The notes below the pieces were generated by a model. It did not search any database, was not told the origin of the DNA, and worked only from the letters and a program-made list of their open reading frames with translations. DNA of 64,000 nt from a virus. A program made the position numbers and the translations under genes. Positions 62,626-64,000 of the stretch are shown one piece after another. How positions within the stretch are numbered: position 1 is the first letter of the stretch; every line of letters starts with the position of its first letter. Location: IMG/VR virus record IMGVR_UViG_3300037418_001469. The stretch is one strand, 5' to 3'.

Positions 62626-63475
62626 ATAATCCTCTCCTTAAAAACTAGAAGGGTCAAGCCCCTCTTAGCGTAAATTAATTTTAACAATCTGAGTGAAAGC
62701 AGTATACATAAATTCAGATATAACTCGTTCAGCAACAGGCTCAGCAATGTAACCATCAGAGATTAAGCCCTGCAATTCTACTCGTAAATCCTCGACTACT
62801 GACTTATACACTTCTAAGTCGTCTAAGTGAATCCTAGGTACACGAACTCCGTCTTTTTCTACCTCTACCTCTGCTCCTGATACTTGATTTTGGTTTACTG
62901 AAAATTTTTTTTCCATTGCGAATCGCTCCTTATGTATATTTTTTTTGACGTACCCCACCCACGTTACGCCAAATCTTCCACCGAACTATTATCAGTGAAA
63001 CCCATATTTTATATTATAGTTATATTATAGCACATTTACATAGAAAATGCAAGGATATACCTCGCAATCTCTCAGTTATTACTTATTACAGTCTACTAAT
63101 TTTAGCTTTAAACCGTCACCTAAATTAAATTCATTTTCACAGTCTAGCAATCCTAACACCTTCGTTAGTATGTAGTACGTTTCAGTAGAAATTTCATCTA
63201 GAACGAGTAAATGTTCTACACAATTTAAAACCTCTGTTTTTAGTGATGATTTTGTAGATTCTCCTACCTTTGCCTGCATACGACCTACCCCCAATATATT
63301 CTTTTTTTAATTAGCAATGACCTTTATTTATAATATAATTATAACATAAGCATGTCTCGATAGTCAAGGGATAAATAGGAAATTCCTCTATTTTTTTCTG
63401 ACAATTCTGAGATATAAAAAAATAGAGTTGGCTTAGTGGGAACACCAACTCCATTACAAATATATTACAATATGA

Positions 63476-63883
63476 TTAAATTTTTTGCAATACGTTTTCA
63501 TTTTTATTACTCCTTGAAATTGTTTCCAATTCATTTACACGTTTTTCCAAGACAGAAATGCGTTCATCACGCTCAGATAATAGATTTTGCAAATATTTTA
63601 TTTGGTCTTCCTGTGTTTGTTTAGCATTAAAACCTTCAATATCTCCACGATAAACATAAGTAATTGGGAATCGTCTTGAGGAGGGCTTTAGGATAGAGAG
63701 TATTCCTCTGTTTTCTAACTCTTTGATTGCTTTATGCGCTGTAGCTAATGCGACACCTGCTCCTTCTGCTATTTCAACTACAGTTGCTTCTAGTCTTTTA
63801 CTTCCTGTTGAGATGATTGACTCAACAAAATAATTTTCAACTTTTCTTAGGTTTTCTTTAGATACGTTTGCCATGTTGACCAA
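63476..63883 (-). CDS. Winged-helix DNA-binding protein with C-terminal coiled coil
   Basis: ATVVEIAEGAGVALATAHKAIKELENRGIL. Confidence 0.8.
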   Translation of the reverse strand: MVNMANVSKENLRKVENYFVESIISTGSKRLEATVVEIAEGAGVALATAHKAIKELENRGILSILKPSSRRFPITYVYRGDIEGFNAKQTQEDQIKYLQNLLSERDERISVLEKRVNELETISRSNKNENVLQKI

Positions 63884-64000
63884 CTCCTTAGTTTTTGTAT
63901 TCCTCCTCCTTAGCCTGATAGTTACATTGTAACATAATTATAATACAACGTCAAGGCACGCAGAAGTGAAAATGATTGTTTTTGCTCTTAATCATAATAT

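Overview
AT-rich 64 kb segment that looks like the non-structural part of a large Bacillaceae phage, possibly a phage-plasmid. This is inferred from dense small ORFs, AGGAGG ribosome-binding sites, sigmaA promoters, an RNAP alpha-CTD copy very close to the Bacillus sequence, and ParM/ParR. No virion, integrase, tRNA or CRISPR genes are visible. Layout: (i) 1-5.9 kb minus-strand small genes, including a macrodomain (missed by the ORF track), an ADP-ribosyltransferase-like protein and a membrane-anchored DUF559 nuclease. (ii) 5.9-8.5 kb non-coding divergence region with three tandem sigmaA promoters, a boxA-like motif and about 1 kb of densely base-paired sequence (candidate large ncRNA), followed by genes individually bracketed by covarying 28-30 bp stems. 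(iii) 8.5-46 kb plus-strand early-type region with five amidoligase paralogs, two class II glutamine amidotransferases and a gamma-glutamylcyclotransferase, most behind promoters sharing a heptad repeat. It also encodes an alpha-CTD mimic, an HNH endonuclease that duplicated its target's promoter and start, RuvB, a PRS-like plus NAMPT-like pair (NARP1-like), vWA/TerC and NADAR. (iv) 47-61 kb minus-strand module: ParM/ParR, pilin-like protein, an array of unannotated paralogous mini-ORFs, VirB6-like, PrgI, VirB4, VirD4-like, and a separate Replic_Relax relaxase. Best candidates for new biology: the large structured RNA with stem-bracketed mRNA cassettes, the expanded amidoligase regulon, and the ParM-headed minimal T4SS with its mini-protein array. 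All assignments come from manual motif reading; no searches were run.
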